From positions 434,001-498,000 of the forward strand of contig NW_019028995.1 in the NCBI RefSeq assembly GCF_002105155.1: 64,000 bases of DNA, read 5' to 3'. Shown one piece after another: positions 12,225-26,756 of the stretch. The notes under the pieces are model-generated. The model was not told the DNA's origin and did no database searches. It saw only the letters and a program-made list of their open reading frames with translations. The stretch is from Lobosporangium transversale (Eukaryota). A program made the translations under genes and the position numbers. Each line of letters starts with the position of its first letter. The stretch's first letter is position 1.

Positions 12225-13710
12225 ATGGATCGCACCGCAGAATTCTTTTCGACAGTCGAGTCGCTACTGTCTAGAGCTCAGCCTCATCTGCCATTGGATA
12301 AGCGCAGACTGCTCTCGCCAATTGAACAACAGAAATCATTGTCACTTTCCTCAGGCGCTCATGGCTCAAAAAGACAACAGCCAGAATTCACCCTAATGGC
12401 CTCGATCATCAAGAAAGATTTGCAGGCAATGTCTATGAAGCTTCAAAAGCTGGCGAAACGTAATCATCCTTAAAAGAGCACATCATTATGGCGATTACTT
12501 TATGCTTGAACTTGATAATAGGATAGCAAACTGACGAATTATGAATTTATTGGGCTACATGTGAACAGTTGCCAAGCGCAGGACTTTGTTTGATGATAGA
12601 CCTGTTGAAATTACAGTAGGCTGAACATTTGGTTATTTTCTCTCCCTTTTTTTTTTTTTTTTTTTTTTTTGCAACCTAATCAATAATGTTTTATGTGTTA
12701 ATATCCTAAATACTCTTGATACCAACCTTATATGAATTTTTTTGCTCTCATATTTGTTAGGAACTCATCTACATTGTTAAGCAGGATATAGCCAAGCTCA
12801 ACAAACAGATTGCACAGCTACAGAGCTATGTCAAGGAGCAAACTCACAAGGCGAGCAACAGCTGCCGACAAGCCATGGAGCACCACTCAAATGCTGTAGT
12901 AATGCTCCAATCACAATTAGCAGCACAGACTTCAACGTTTAAGGATGTCCTAGAGCTTCGTACTGAGAATATGAAGGCTTCTAAAGATCGACGAGAGCAA
13001 TTTATGTTTACGACGCAACAGCAGAGCAATACCTTTGCTAGTAAGGACATAGTGTTAGCTGTTTTGTCCATATAGTCCATTTTCTATTGTATAGTATCTA
13101 CAGCTGAACAATGAATATGGGTATCTGATATATATCTGGGGTTCTTTTTTTTACTTTAGGTGATTCTCCTTTGTATAACTTTGATCGACGTGCAACGTCT
13201 AGCACCGAACCACCCAAAGACATACTTTCACTGGATTTGACAACGCCATCACAGACACTTCATCAACAGCAAGTTCAGGAACAAGCTCAGCTGGTCGACT
13301 CAAGCAACGACTATCTTCAGAGTCGATCAGCAGCTGTGGAGTCGATCGAGTCCACGCTTCAGGAACTCGGTGGTATTTTTCAACAACTTGCGCAGATGGT
13401 GTCGGAGCAAAGAGATATGGTTCAAAGGTAAAAATAAGTTCGACAAACACTGTTTTCAACAAACAGCTCGTATGCACAAAAAGTTTGAGAATATAAAGGA
13501 CGCTTTTTGACTTTTTTTTTTTTTTTTTTTTTTTCTTTTTCTGACGATGAAAGGATTGATGCCAACACGGATGATATTGAGTCAAATGTGTCAGGAGCTC
13601 AGACAGAGTTATTGAAGTATTACAGTTATGTCTCATCCAATCGTTGGCTCATGGTCAAGGTCTTTGCGGTCTTGATTTCATCTGCTGTTACATTGTCAGT
13701 CCTGTCGTAA
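12225..13710 (+). CDS. SED5: Syntaxin-5 / Sed5 cis-Golgi t-SNARE
   Basis: MDRTAEF N-peptide, AKRRTLFDDRPVEI, SNARE motif IESTLQELGGIFQQLAQMVSEQ, SSNRWLMVKVF followed by a C-terminal transmembrane segment. Confidence 0.95.
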
Positions 13711-13769
13711 TAAATATTGATTTTTGAATAAGCCTCTTGGCATTGGCCACAGCTGTTGGGAGAATTGCG

Positions 13770-13816
13770 CTTTTTATTTTTATTTTTTTATTTTTATTTT
13801 TATTTTATTTTTTATT
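13770..13816 (+). repeat. (TTTTTA)n microsatellite
   Basis: Tandem T5A-type units between SED5 and the Yippee gene. Confidence 0.8.
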
Positions 13817-14256
13817 GCCTCTTTAGAAGTGAAGAAGCTCTGTGATGTGTGATTGTTTTGGTAGCAGTAGATGCAGGTAAGATTAACAGCAATCTAATTG
13901 CTAAAGACATATCATAGGAAAGGCAAATTTCTTATCCATTTATCCATTTCGCCTTTCTAGAGCCTTTCCTATTTTGTTTGTTTGATTCTTAGTAGATAAG
14001 TGAATGCGAATGTATTGCTGCTGTCATGTCGGAACAAAAATCGAACAGAAAGAGTCTATGTAAAATCAAGGTGACGAAAATGATGAAAAGAAGAAAAGTA
14101 TTGACTACCCCTTGGACCGAAAGAACTAAACAATTGTGCGGACTCTTGGCAATCATGCGGCTCTAAAAAAAATTGGGTTAACTGAGAAGTGAGGAGGGGA
14201 ATGTCAAATATCCACTTAGCAGCTACAATGTAGGAACGCTCCATGGGAAGCGTATT

Positions 14257-15233
14257 TTACATTTGAATGTAATCCAGCAGGGTTCTTTCGAGGATGAAAC
14301 GCCCCTCCTTGTAACGTTGGTCAGTCTCATATGCTACAAGCTATTGACATTAATGTAGGAGGTGTGGAAAGTTGATTGGGAATAGCACACACAGAAGAAA
14401 ATGGGAAAATAAAGTTAGAGTCAGTGGTCCTCTCCGCCTATTAAAATTGTATTATAGATTACATGGTGGTGAGAGTGAGCGAACTAGTCACAACTCTGAA
14501 ATTATTTAATTTCATCTTCCAATCACGAAAAAAGGCTGTTCCTTCTTTTGACTTCAACCCTGAAAGGAAGGTCCATAGAAGTTAAGAACTTACGTATTTC
14601 CACCCCACAACAGTTGAGCATTCAGCACAGTGGATGTCCTGGACAGTATGTAACCCTGTCCTCATTTTCCTATCTTCCGCTTCGCCTGCATAGACATTAA
14701 TCCTATTTGGTTGTCAAAGTCAGACAGATAGGAAAGAGAAAGGGAAGTGAATTAGCCCAACAAAAAGAGCAGTCAGTCAATAGAACACACGCCGCCCACA
14801 TTGAGGCTTCGAATCATCAGTAGAAGCTTTAATTACACATTCGAGAAAAGGTACGCCTTTCCGTATTGGCCGTAAAAACGCTACAGATGCAAGTAACAAC
14901 AATAGAATGTCAGAGGAAGGGAAGAAAGAAAAATAAAGAAATACTGGTCAATAAGTATATTCCTCGTGCCTTTTTTTACTCATTAAATCATTCTCCCGAA
15001 CTTAATTTTATTCCCAACACAGGAGCATCTCCACTCCTCGTATTGTTACAACACATATAGTAAAATTGACGGCCCATCACAACTATCTAGTAAAATATAC
15101 AAAATAAAAAAAGATACCGACTTACTCTGTCAAGGATGTGATCGTATGTGGCAAAGTGTGTCTTGCACGAGTTGCAAACAAGGATCTTTCCTCCGCTTTC
15201 CACGTGCAGATAGTTCTTGTATACAATTCCCAT
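14257..15233 (-). CDS. MOH1: Yippee/MOH1 (YPEL) family zinc-binding protein, 114 aa, 4 exons (absent from the ORF track)
   Basis: Exons 15233-15126, 14880-14837, 14702-14594 and 14340-14257 (all GT-AG, 345 nt total) give MGIVYKNYL...CNSCKTH...[69 protein letters not shown], with both CxxC pairs of the Yippee family. Confidence 0.95.
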
Positions 15234-16008
15234 TGGAAAAGAAGGGATAGTAACGAGCGGCGTGGGTATTCCGAGGGAGGGCTCACGAAAAGTGTCAGAG
15301 GGCTTTCGTAGAGGTCTTTTCCTTCTATTTGTCTAAACTCCTCCGGACAAAAAAAAATGTTTTGTAGTTTCTGAAAGGGCTGCGATAATAAAATGTGGTT
15401 CAGTAAAGGATGGTAAAGTATAAGAAAATCGAGGTCGGGATACGCTGTATGCTGTATTTGAAGAAAAAGGAGCAAGGGTATCAAGTTTCGTTCTTTTGTT
15501 TGACGTGTGTTCTTTTTCCGCTATCAGGGTTGAAGGAGTGGGTTGGGCAGAGTAGCGAGTGGTATGCGGGAGAAGATGGTCTGAGGCTATGGAGCAAAGT
15601 CGCCCAGCTGACAGAGTTATGACGGGGTCAAGGGCAAGAAGAAAGGAGGGGAGTAACAAAGAGGAAAGTATCGTGTGTATGTGTCAAAGGTCAAAAAAAG
15701 CAGAAAAAAGTCACGGGTGGCGAAGCAAGCATGGTTAACGTGATCCTGTGAAGGATTGGCCGAACATTCATATCCTGTTTGCTGATCCCCAAAGTGCACC
15801 CACCATACATGCATTTCAGGCGGCAGAATGTCCTAATCCTGTATCCAGATCGACTGAAACAGAACAGTCAGTCTGCTACTGAAAATTATGAAGTCATCGA
15901 GTTTCGGTTACTTCTTTGCTTTCGCTCTATTCCCCTCTTTTCTTCCTGCTTTACTTCAATTAACTACAATTATTCTTCAACTTTTTTCTACATTCAACTC
16001 ATTGCACC

Positions 16009-17385
16009 ATGTCGCTGCCATATACTATGGTTTTTACTTTGTTAATGACCGAGGCAAGTCTGCTGTCTAGTTTTATTATATTTATCGCTTCTTTCTTGAC
16101 CTATCTTAATCGAACAAGCAATCAAACTGATTCAACCGTTTTGTCTCTTTGTTGGAATGTACTCATTTATAGATGGTCGTTTTCATCTTTCTGATTGTAA
16201 GTTAGTTGCCATTCCATGAACTGCTCCAAGCGGCATGGGATCTATTTGTTTTATTATAAGAGACTAATATACTGCTTTACGCGTTTCTATTTGGTTTGGA
16301 TAATAGCTGCCTTTGCCATTTAAGTGGAGAAGAGGGCTACTCAAGTTTCTCGCTGAGTCTCCATTCATGGGAAGCGTCCAATATGTGATGAAAATTGTTT
16401 TCATGTAGGAAATAGGTTTATAACTCTCAATTATTCCAATGTATGATGTATGATATGTAAACTTATTAATCTAATGCCATTGACTTTTTATTTTATTTTA
16501 TTTTATTTTATTTTCTATTTTATTTATCTATTTATTTTTCCCGCGTTCTTCCTTGGTTGAACATAGCTTTGTCTTCATTCTTTTCATCGGTATTTAGCTC
16601 GGTGTTTGAACTTCAGAAATAGTGATGGTTGCCTTAGTTTCAGGCTTGTATGTAGTTGTGTATATCTTATGTCATTTGTCCTTCTGAATCACTGTCACGA
16701 TGATAGATTCTTTGAACCGTGTCATTAAGGTTGAGGAAATCAAGGAAAACACTTATCCGCACCATGGCCATGGGGCGGAAACTAATGTCGCTGCCCGTCG
16801 CTTCTATGCTCAGCGAAATATGTAATTATTTGTATCCTAGTAGATGACCGTTACTTATTAGTAGAGCCTTTGTTGAGTGATTTCGTTACGTGATGTCTAA
16901 TATGTCACTTTTGTATTTTATTTAACCTCGGCTAGGTATCTTACCGGATTCACGCTGTTCTTGTCACTCATTTTGAACCGGACATTCTTCTTGATCCTGG
17001 ATCTTCTTAAGAGCGAGGAGAAGATGGAGGTTATCAAGAAGCAGGTAATGAGCTGATGCCCTCTATTATGACACATTCTTTACCAATGAAGTTTATCATT
17101 TATAAACTCACTCTTACTTGTAAAAATGAATCAAATTGTGCTTACTAGGCTTCTCAGCAAAGTAAGGAGTACGAGCGCGTGCTCGAGTCTGAGACCAAGC
17201 TGAAAAAGGAGATCAAGGATCTGTCTGAAATTGTTGCTAGCCATGCAGGAGCCAAACGTGACCTTGAGAACCTGCAAAAGCAAGCCACACAACAGCAGAA
17301 AGAATATCTCCGCATGGCGGACGAGAATAATGCCATGGAAATGAAGCTCTTAGGCACAAAATCTGAATTGAAAAAAGATATTTGA
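16009..17385 (+). CDS. BAP29/BAP31 (Yet-like) ER membrane protein
   Basis: Spliced MSLPYTMVFTLLMTE-MVVFIFLI-LPLPFKWRR...RFYAQRNM-YLTGFTLFLSLILNR, followed by a coiled coil and C-terminal KKDI (KKxx ER-retrieval motif). Confidence 0.92.
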
Positions 17386-18033
17386 ACAGTTTGCATCATA
17401 AACCTTTTTACTAAAGTAAACTTAGCAAAGTCTACATCGATATCCTCATGCGTGGTTTTTTCTACATGTATTGCTTTTATCTGCTGACTATTTGTGTAAC
17501 CTGGTACAACTGTATATTGCAAATACAATGTCCAGGTTGAATTGGTTATTGTGAACAATTCGCCATGAAAAATTTGACTGAATATTACCTGAAATGTTTA
17601 CAAGCCTTTTTTTTGTGTGTGTGTCCGTGACTACAACGGGAAATAAGTTGGACAAAATAAGCTTTGCAGCTACTGTAGCAATACGTGACAATTCACGTAC
17701 AGACTCATTCAGTTATTTTACACGCCTTGAAACCAAATTTTTTGTTTCAACGGTCAGGGCTCAGTTCGCCACTTTGATTCGTACGAAAAGAAGGAGGAAG
17801 CATATTCAAAGAATAGGGGTCAGGAACAGAGATGGAGAGATATTCACGCATCCACAAACACATAAACATCTCCCGCCTGTTTGGATTTTGAGGGGGACCT
17901 CCTATCACACGGTGTAAACCAATTACACTGGTATACAAACTAGACAAGCCAAAAAAAAAGATCCCGCAAACGGTTAGTGTATAGTGCATACTACAGGTTC
18001 ACCACAAACGGGTAAAAAAAAGCTTTCCAGTTA

Positions 18034-18068
<35 letters not shown>

Positions 18069-19214
18069 CCTCTTCACCCTTCACTCTTCATCCCCTCCTT
18101 CTTCACCATCACTCATCATTCATCATCTCACCATCTCACCATCAGAAAGACACAGTTATAGCAATTGTAGTCAGCCCCTGGTGTGTGTTCCCTTATTTTA
18201 TTTTATTTATTGTTATTTTATTATATTTTTTATTGGTCGGTGATTCCTGTCGAATTAGTTCGCTGTCGATCATCATCTCGACATTCAAGTGAGACAAGGA
18301 GTCAGACCACTACCCTCTTTCCTGAAGTGTTTTCAAGAATATAGGTATGACATCGCGATCGGAATAACATTAACATTATTCTTTAATTGGAAGGACAAGG
18401 GAAAAACATTTTGAACAGATAAAAAAAAACGTGGAAGTGATGCTTGTGCGCTGCAGCATTGAAGAACAATAGGCCACTGCTTATTTATTTGAGCACTTCT
18501 CTCTGAGAGTTTATAAGAAGTAAATTTGTGAGACTGAGATTTCTCTGTTAGTAGGCTCATCAGCAGTTGAAGTAACGGTACTTGGCATTTCATGGACTAC
18601 CAAGACAGAATGAATTTCGGATGTTAGAAAGTGATGGAGTAAAAAGATTCTTAATCTATTATGGAAGTTACTCTTTTTTTTTTTTTTTTTTTTTTTTTTG
18701 TATATCATTCATGAAAGTAATATCTTGAAAGTTTTCCTTACCACCTTCTATGTCTTTTTTGGGACGAGTACCAGGAGTACATAATGATAATAATAGGGGA
18801 ATTAATAATGCCCATTTCTTTATGTTCCCATTTGTCATACTATACAATATCCATTCCATGTCTACGTTTTGGAAATGACCAACTCCTGTCAAAGGGCAGG
18901 GAACATGACTAGTGGCAGGGGTGCATGGTGTGTTTTTATGCACATTAAAAATGTGGTTTTCATGCGATTGAGAGTCCTGTACAAACTGATGAATAGAGCT
19001 GATACCAGAAGGGACCACTGATTTCTTGTGATCCTGTTGATCTGGCTGTAACCCGTGGCTAGTCAGTTTATTCTTTTCCCAAGATGTTTACCCTACTAGC
19101 GTCTTCTTTCTAATTCTTTTGTCACTTGAGAACGGCATAGCTTCACATATGATAGCAGTGACTAATTTTGAACTTTCGATACATCCATCTATAGACCATT
19201 ATTTTTATTAAAAT

Positions 19215-22200
19215 ATGTCGTTGGATGCTTATGTCAAGGGCACAAACTGCTGGTTCACAGACGATAAGGAGGGCTGGATCAGCGCTGCCCTCACCACCAA
19301 AGAGGAAACTCCTGATGGCAAGGTCACTCTAAAGTTTGTGGATGATAATGGAAAGGTAATTTTCGGAAGCATAGTTTTATTGAATAAAACATACTGGACA
19401 AAGTTTATACCTTGACTATATCCTCATTAATTTACATCTCTCTTTGATGTAATCAATAATAAAGGAACATTCCTTCTCATCAACGCTGGCCAAGATTCAG
19501 CAAACTAATGGTGCTGACCTCCCTCCCATGCGTAATCCTCCACTCCTTGAGGGTACAGAGGATCTTACGAACCTTTCATATCTCAACGAACCTGCCGGTA
19601 TGTGCGCTTTCCACTAGAAAAAGTATATTTTGTGATGCGTGCTTAATTGAGAATGAGTTGATTAGTAATCTTGTTTTGCTCATCTATGCAACCACCACAG
19701 TCCTGAGCAACATTAGAACTCGCTACTCGCATTGCAACATCTATACGTACTCTGGAATCGTCCTTATTGCTGCAAATCCTTTCGCTCGGGTCAACCTCTA
19801 CACTCAAGATATCATCCAGGCCTACTCAGGCAGGAGACGTGGTGAACTGGAACCTCATTTGTTTGCAATTGCGGAGGATGCATACCGATGCATGATTCGT
19901 GATGAGAAGAATCAGACCATTGTCGTCTCTGGAGAGAGGTAAGACAAATTCCATTTTCATTGTATATTACAATTTTTCTTAGTACGAATGTATTAATCAG
20001 TTTTATGTTGTTTCCGAAATAGTGGTGCTGGTAAGACTGTCAGCGCCAAGTTTATCATGCGCTACTTTGCCACAGCAGACGATAGCGAGCGTGGTACAGA
20101 TTCCTCTAAGACTGGCATGAGTGAAACGGAAGAGCAGATCCTGGCTACCAACCCTATCATGGAAGCCTTTGGTAACGCTAAGACTACCCGTAACGATAAC
20201 TCGTCCCGCTTCGGAAAATTCACAGAGATCCAATTCGACAAAGAGCGTAATATTATTGGAGCGAAGATTAGGACCTATCTTCTTGAGCGATCTCGTCTTG
20301 TCTATCAGCCAGAGCATGAGCGAAACTACCATATCTTCTATCAACTTGTCGCTGGTGCGCCACCATCAGAGAAGAAGGAGCTTGACCTCCAGTCTATTCC
20401 ACAATTCCATTATCTCAAGCAAGGCGGTGTTCAGACCATTAATGGTGTGGATGATGCCGCTGAATTCGAAATCACCCAGCGTGCACTTTCGACGATTGGA
20501 ATTTCAGTCCAGTCTCAATGGGATATCTTCCGTCTGTTAGCTGCCCTTCTTCACATCGGTAACATTCAGGTCACAGGCAGAAATGAAGCCGTTATTTCAG
20601 AAGACGATCCTTCCTTGATTACCGCTACTCGCATCCTTGGTATTCCTCTAAGCGAGTTCAAAAAATGGCTTGTCAAGAAGCAGATTACGACACGCTCTGA
20701 AAAGATTGTCTCCAGCTTGAAAGTTGATCAGAGTTTAATCGTTCGCGACTCTGTGGCCAAATACATCTACTCATCCCTGTTTGACTGGCTCGTCAATAAC
20801 ATCAACTCCAGTCTTTCAAGCGAGGCCGTTGCGAGCAGGATTCATTCCTTCATTGGCGTGTTGGATATCTATGGTTTTGAACATTTCAAGAAGAACTCGT
20901 TCGAGCAGTTCTGTATTAACTATGCCAATGAGAAGCTTCAACAGGAGTTCAATCAACACGTCTTCAAGCTGGAACAAGAGGAGTACGTCCGCGAAAAGAT
21001 TGATTGGAAGTTTATCGAATTTAGTGATAACCAACCTTGTATTGAGATGATTGAGGGCAAATTGGGAGTTCTTTCACTCCTTGATGAGGAGAGTCGTTTG
21101 CCTGCTGGTTCAGATCAGAGCTGGTGCAACAAACTCTTTACTCAGCTTGGCACTGAAAAGCATAAGAAGTGGTTCACCAAGCCTCGCTTCTCCAATACGG
21201 CATTCACAATCTCACATTACGCCCACGATGTCACATATGATTGTGAAGGTTTCCTCGAGAAGAATCGCGATACTCTCCCTGACGAATTGCTAAATCTCAT
21301 CAAGAACTCTGAAAACGAACTCTTGGAGGAGGTTCTTATGACTAGTGCTACTCTTGGCGCTGGAGGAAGTGTAAGTATAATGTGTTTAACCTTAACACTA
21401 CACTCGAATGATAGCTTATCTTTTACTAATTTTTTTTTTTGTCTCACCTTGCCCTACTGAATAGTTGACTGAAGATAAGCGTAAGAGTGTCATCAACAGA
21501 AAGCCAACCCTCGGCTCCATCTTCAAGGGTTCACTCATCCAGCTTATGGATACTATCAACTCCACTAATGTACATTACATCCGTTGTCTCAAACCCAACG
21601 AGGCTAAGCAGCCATGGGCGTTTGATGCTCCCATGGTGCTTGGTCAGTTAAGAGCCTGCGGTGTCTTGGAAACAATCCGTATCAGTTGTGCTGGCTATCC
21701 TTCTCGCTGGTCCTTCCCTGAGTTTGTGGAGCGCTACTATATGCTTGTCAACTCTGAACACTGGGGCTTTGACACCCAAAAAATGTGTTCTGCCATTCTT
21801 GAGGCAACTATTAAGGAAGCTGATAAATACCAAGTCGGCCTTACCAAGATTTTCTTCCGCGCTGGTCTGTTGGCATATATGGAGAAACTCCGTACTGACA
21901 AACTGAATGCCTATGCAACATTGATCCAGAAGAATTTGCGCCGCTTCGTCTGCCAAAAGAAATATCATCGCCAGCGCAATGCCGCGATCAAGATTCAGGC
22001 ATTTGCTCGCAGAATCATTGCTCAAAAAGAGGCCCGAAAGCTTCGCGAAGAACGTTCTGCCATTATGCTCCAGACGTTCCTGCGTGGTTATGTTCAGCGC
22101 AAGAAGTATGTTGAAACCCGCAACCACATTCTTCGTATCCAATGCGCTATTCGTGCTAAGCATGCTCGCCTCGCCTTCCAGAAGATGCGCGAGACTAACG

Positions 22201-24437
22201 CCGCGACCATGATTCAGCAAGTCTGGCGCGGTATTCAGGCTCGTGCCCACCACAAGAAGGAAATTCGCGCTATCATTCTGGTGCAGTCTTGTATCCGCCG
22301 TAGCAGGGCTCGCAAGGCTCTTCTGGAGCTCAAGGCAGAGGCTCGTTCTGTGAACCATTTGAAGGAGGTATCATACCGTCTCGAAGGAAAGGTAGTAGAG
22401 TTGACGCGTGCCTTGGACTTGGCGAACCAACAGAACAAATCATTTGATGCCCAGGTAGCGAGTCTTGAGAACCAAGTCCGATTGTGGAAAGAGAAGTATG
22501 AACTGTCACAGCAAACCAGTGCGAGGGAGCTCGCCCTTGCTGCTGAGAATCCGACAGTACCCAAGAACGAGTTCGAAACACTCAAGGCAGCAAACGTTGA
22601 GCTTGAGTCCAAGTACAACGCATCGGTCGAGAAGGTGAGGACGCTTGATCAAGAAATCAGCAAACTTACAGAATCCCTTGCAAAGACCAAGGAAGAAATT
22701 CAAAAGCTGGCCGCTCAAGCAAAGGCCAAGCCAGAGGATTCCGAAACAGTCACAGCACTCAGACGTGAGAACCAATACGTCCGCGAACAGTTGGCTCAAC
22801 TGTCGAAGGCCACCGGACGCGACACGTCTAGTTTCCCAGTCTCATCCAAAGTAATGGCTGCACCCACTAGCGGGCATGCCCAGACTCACACCACCCCCCC
22901 AACCCACAATCATCTTGCTCAAGATACAATTGACAAGTACGAAAACTCATACTCGTTCACCAAGGATACCCCGCACAAGATCGTTACAGCGTTCCCTCCT
23001 ATTCCTCACTCAAATAATCTTGCTCCTAAGATTATTGGTCGCCACCGCAGCAACAGCACACCTGACATTGCTTCGCTTGAGAATGGCGTTCTTTTCAGGC
23101 CTCAAAAGACAACAAACAGTGTCTTTGACAACCTTGACAACCATAGTCGCACCGCTAAGACTATGTCAGGCGACGACTGGTCCAGACGCATTAATCGCTC
23201 ACGTCCAAGCATTCACAGTATGGTCGAACAACCCGAGGTTGAGATTATGCATATCTTAGAGGATGAGGAAGGACTTCAGGAAGAAGTTTTGAATGGTTTA
23301 ATCAAGAATATGAAGATTCCTTCACCCAGTCTTTCAAATTTGCCATTGATCAAGGAGATTATGTTCCCCGCTCATATGATTGGCCTCTTGACCACGCAGA
23401 TGTGGAGATATGGCTACATCAAGGAGTCGGAACGCCTCATGATCAACGTGATGCAAGCCGTTCAGCAGCAGTCCATGGCAATTGTTGGAGACGATACCAT
23501 CATTCCCTGCGCCTACTGGCTTTCGAACGTGCACGAGCTCTTATCTTATATCTGCATTAGCGAACAAGAAATTACTCGTGAGGAACTCGTCGCTCGCTGT
23601 GGTGAGCATTATGACTGGGCTGAGTACGAACAGCTGGTATCAACAGTCAAATACGAATTGGAATGCCTTGAATACAACATCTTCCACGTCTGGATGAAGT
23701 CGCTCAAGAAGCAACTTAATAAGATGATTATTCCCGCCATTATCGAAAGTCAAGCACTTCCCGGCTTTATCACCAGTGACTCTGGACGTTTCTTTAACAA
23801 GCTTATGGGCTCCGGTCCCAGCTTCAGCATGGATGACTTGTTGATGCTGTTCAACAAGATTTGGAAGGCTATGAGCTGCTACTATGTCGAACACAGTGTG
23901 GTTCGCCAGGTCATGACTGAGCTCCTCAAAATGGTTGGCGTTACAGGATTCAACGATCTGTTGATGCGTCGCAACTTCTGCACATGGAAGCGTGCCATGC
24001 AGATTCAATACAACATCACGCGCATTGAGGAGTGGTGCAAGGGTCACGATCTCCCTGAGGGTACATTGCAATTGGAGCATCTGATGCAGGCAACAAAGTT
24101 GTTACAGCTCAAGAAGGCATCGCATAGTGATATTGAGATTATTTATGATGTTTGCTGGATGCTGACGCCTACACAGGTGCAGAAATTGGTCCAGAACTAC
24201 ATGATTGCTGATTATGAGGTTCCTGTGAGTCCAGAGCTGATTAAGGCGATCGCCATGCGCGTTGCGGCCAACGAGAAGAACGATACATTGATGTTGGATG
24301 CGATCTCATTGGAGGACGCTGGATCATTTGAAACTCCTGAGATCCGCGACGTTGATCTTGATGGCGAACGCTACCTACCTCCTTGGTTGGTCAATTTGAG
24401 TCGCTTGAAATCACTGATGCATTTGGTTGTTGTATAA
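19215..24437 (+). CDS. MYO2: Class V myosin
   Basis: GES-GAGKT P-loop across an intron, EAFGNAKT.RNDNSSRFGK, LDIYGFEHF, tandem IQ motifs, coiled coil and DIL globular tail (FNDLLMRRNFCTWKRAMQIQYN). Confidence 0.97.
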
Positions 24438-24709
24438 TGAGTATCTGTTTTCTTTCTTTCCCAGTTTTTCCCTTTCTATTTCCTCCTGCAACCGCTTTTG
24501 TATCTTTATTCATTTCGTCCATTGCCTTCAAAGAAAGGAGAAACTAAGACATTGATTCACCAGTGTTTTGTAATTTAAAAATAAATATAAATATGCTAAC
24601 AATTTTCTAAGCTATGATTCTATGACTTTATTTAAAATTATCAGAATGTAAATGCAGAAGAGATGAAGGACGATAAAACAATAATAGAATAGGATAGCAT
24701 CTTGTAGGA

Positions 24710-24829
24710 TTACATTTTCCTCCGTTTGCCTGTAAAACGATCCAAAGCTGTGACAGGTTCGTCTGGATTGCCCATTCTCCTCTTCGCGCGCTCTTTCTTG
24801 TCTTTCTCGATCCTCTCCAATAGCTCGAC

Positions 24830-24862
<33 letters not shown>

Positions 24863-26756
24863 CCATCAGCATTTGAAAACTAAAATGAGAACAAGCAAAC
24901 AGAGGAATAGACGAACAGGCTTTATCTGCTTTCTCTCACCTTTTTCTGATCGATAACATTCTTTGCTTTCTTGCGCAGATGGCGACGTGAAGAAGAGTTC
25001 TTGCCGCGAGCCTTGAACTTGAGCTCCTTAGCCTCTTCTGGATGAGCAGCTTCCCATGCCTCCTTCTTCTCCTTGTTCAAGATTTGAATAGGGGCTTTGT
25101 CCATTTTTCCAACCATATCGACATCCAGAGTAATCATCTCAGGCTGAATTTTCTCCAGCAGTGAGTGCACCTCCATTTCTTGCCGTTGCTTTTTTGTCTG
25201 GAATGGATTGGCCTCTAATGCATCAAAGTTGGGCTCTCCAGATCCTGGAACGATAATGCTGCCGATACCACTGCGATGACCAAATCCAAGTACATCCTCA
25301 AATGGCACAAACTCTACATCATGCACGGCCGAAGCTGGCTGCAAATGATTCATATAAGGCGATACCTGCTTGGTTCTAAAGGGGTCCTTCCAGATGCTCA
25401 CATGGGGACCAAAACCAACCGCCAGCAAGCCACGCTGAGAGATAGAAAGTGACGATGCAGGTGATGGAGTAAAATATTCCTGAACAGCTTTATAACTCCT
25501 GAGATCCCAAAGTTTAAGTTGACCATCCAAACCTGCAGTGGCCATGTAAGTGCCTGAATGGCCTATTGCCATGGCGGTGATGGGTCCTCGATGACATTGC
25601 ATTTTGACAAGAGGTGTAGACATATTAGGAGACCAGAGTGTAACTGTGCCGTTTCCGTGCCCCAAATGTATAATGGCATTGCTGGGGTTTTGAGTCATAA
25701 CATCACACTTTCCAAGCTTGGTGCGATGTTCTGCCACAAGTTTTCCTGTTGATGTATCCTGGTATTTAAGATATCCAGAGTTTCCCTTAAAAAGAAGAAT
25801 AAACAATAGAAAAAAAAAATTATTGAATAAGCCCGTCTTCCCGGATCCTGGATTGCAAATGAAGTAGAAGAGAAAAACACGATGTCCAACGTACGATTGT
25901 TGTGAGTAAGAAATGATAAGGCAAGAAATCAAGCTTGTTGATTTCGATATGGTCTCGCAAGCAGTGGATCTCCATGCCTGACTTGTCATAAATGTAAACA
26001 TATTTCTTCTGCGCTACTGCGAACATAGTTTCATTATGCAGCCATCTAATACCATCGTGTATATTATTTTGTTATATTAAATGTAATATGATGAACAGTC
26101 AAATGTTAGAGTGTATTTTTCTCTTTTTGTTTCTTGTCTTTCAAAAAGAACCTACTTGACATCTCGTATTGTCTCCTTAAGTTGAAGTTCACAGGCGAGC
26201 TTTCCTGCCTGCCAGTCAAATGCCGCAACATGTCCTTTCCGGCCACCGATAAGGAGATGGCGTCCGTTTCGGGTATAATCAAGCGAGTACGGTCCAAACT
26301 TCAAATTCAATGAAAACATTTTATGTGTAGTTGCAATGTCCACTTCTTTGCGGAGCGCACGTTGGGAAAGTTGATATGTCTTTTCAATGCCTTCTGCTTC
26401 CAAAAATCCTGCCTCTTCTGTCAACAGTATCTCGGACGAAGCAGCCTTGTAGGCTGCTTCTTTGAATTGTTTCTCTCGGCGCTTAATTGATCCTTTAAGC
26501 TTCTTATCTTGTATGCCCTAATAGTATATATAATATAAAAAATAAGAAATAAAATGTATTAGAGTAAGTAGTAAAGACATAGGTATTCAAAACATGCCCA
26601 CACTTAGCTCTAGCGCAATATTCATAAATTCCCTGAAGTCAGCCACAAGTAGTATAAAGAGCATACATTGACTCCTTCAAGCGCTGCATTGCTGTCCCCT
26701 CGTGAATATTTGGGCACGAGGGCCAAGATGGGGTCTTTTTTCTTCTTTTCAACCAT
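24710..26756 (-). CDS. UTP7: U3 snoRNP WD40 protein Utp7 (WDR46/BING4)
   Basis: [50 protein letters not shown]4CT motif [28 protein letters not shown]-terminal ALDRF. Confidence 0.95.

Noticed and set aside
17594..19018. Short ORFs upstream of myosin V
   Set aside because: Low-complexity translations; more simply explained as promoter, 5' UTR and a probable long 5' UTR intron ending near 19194.
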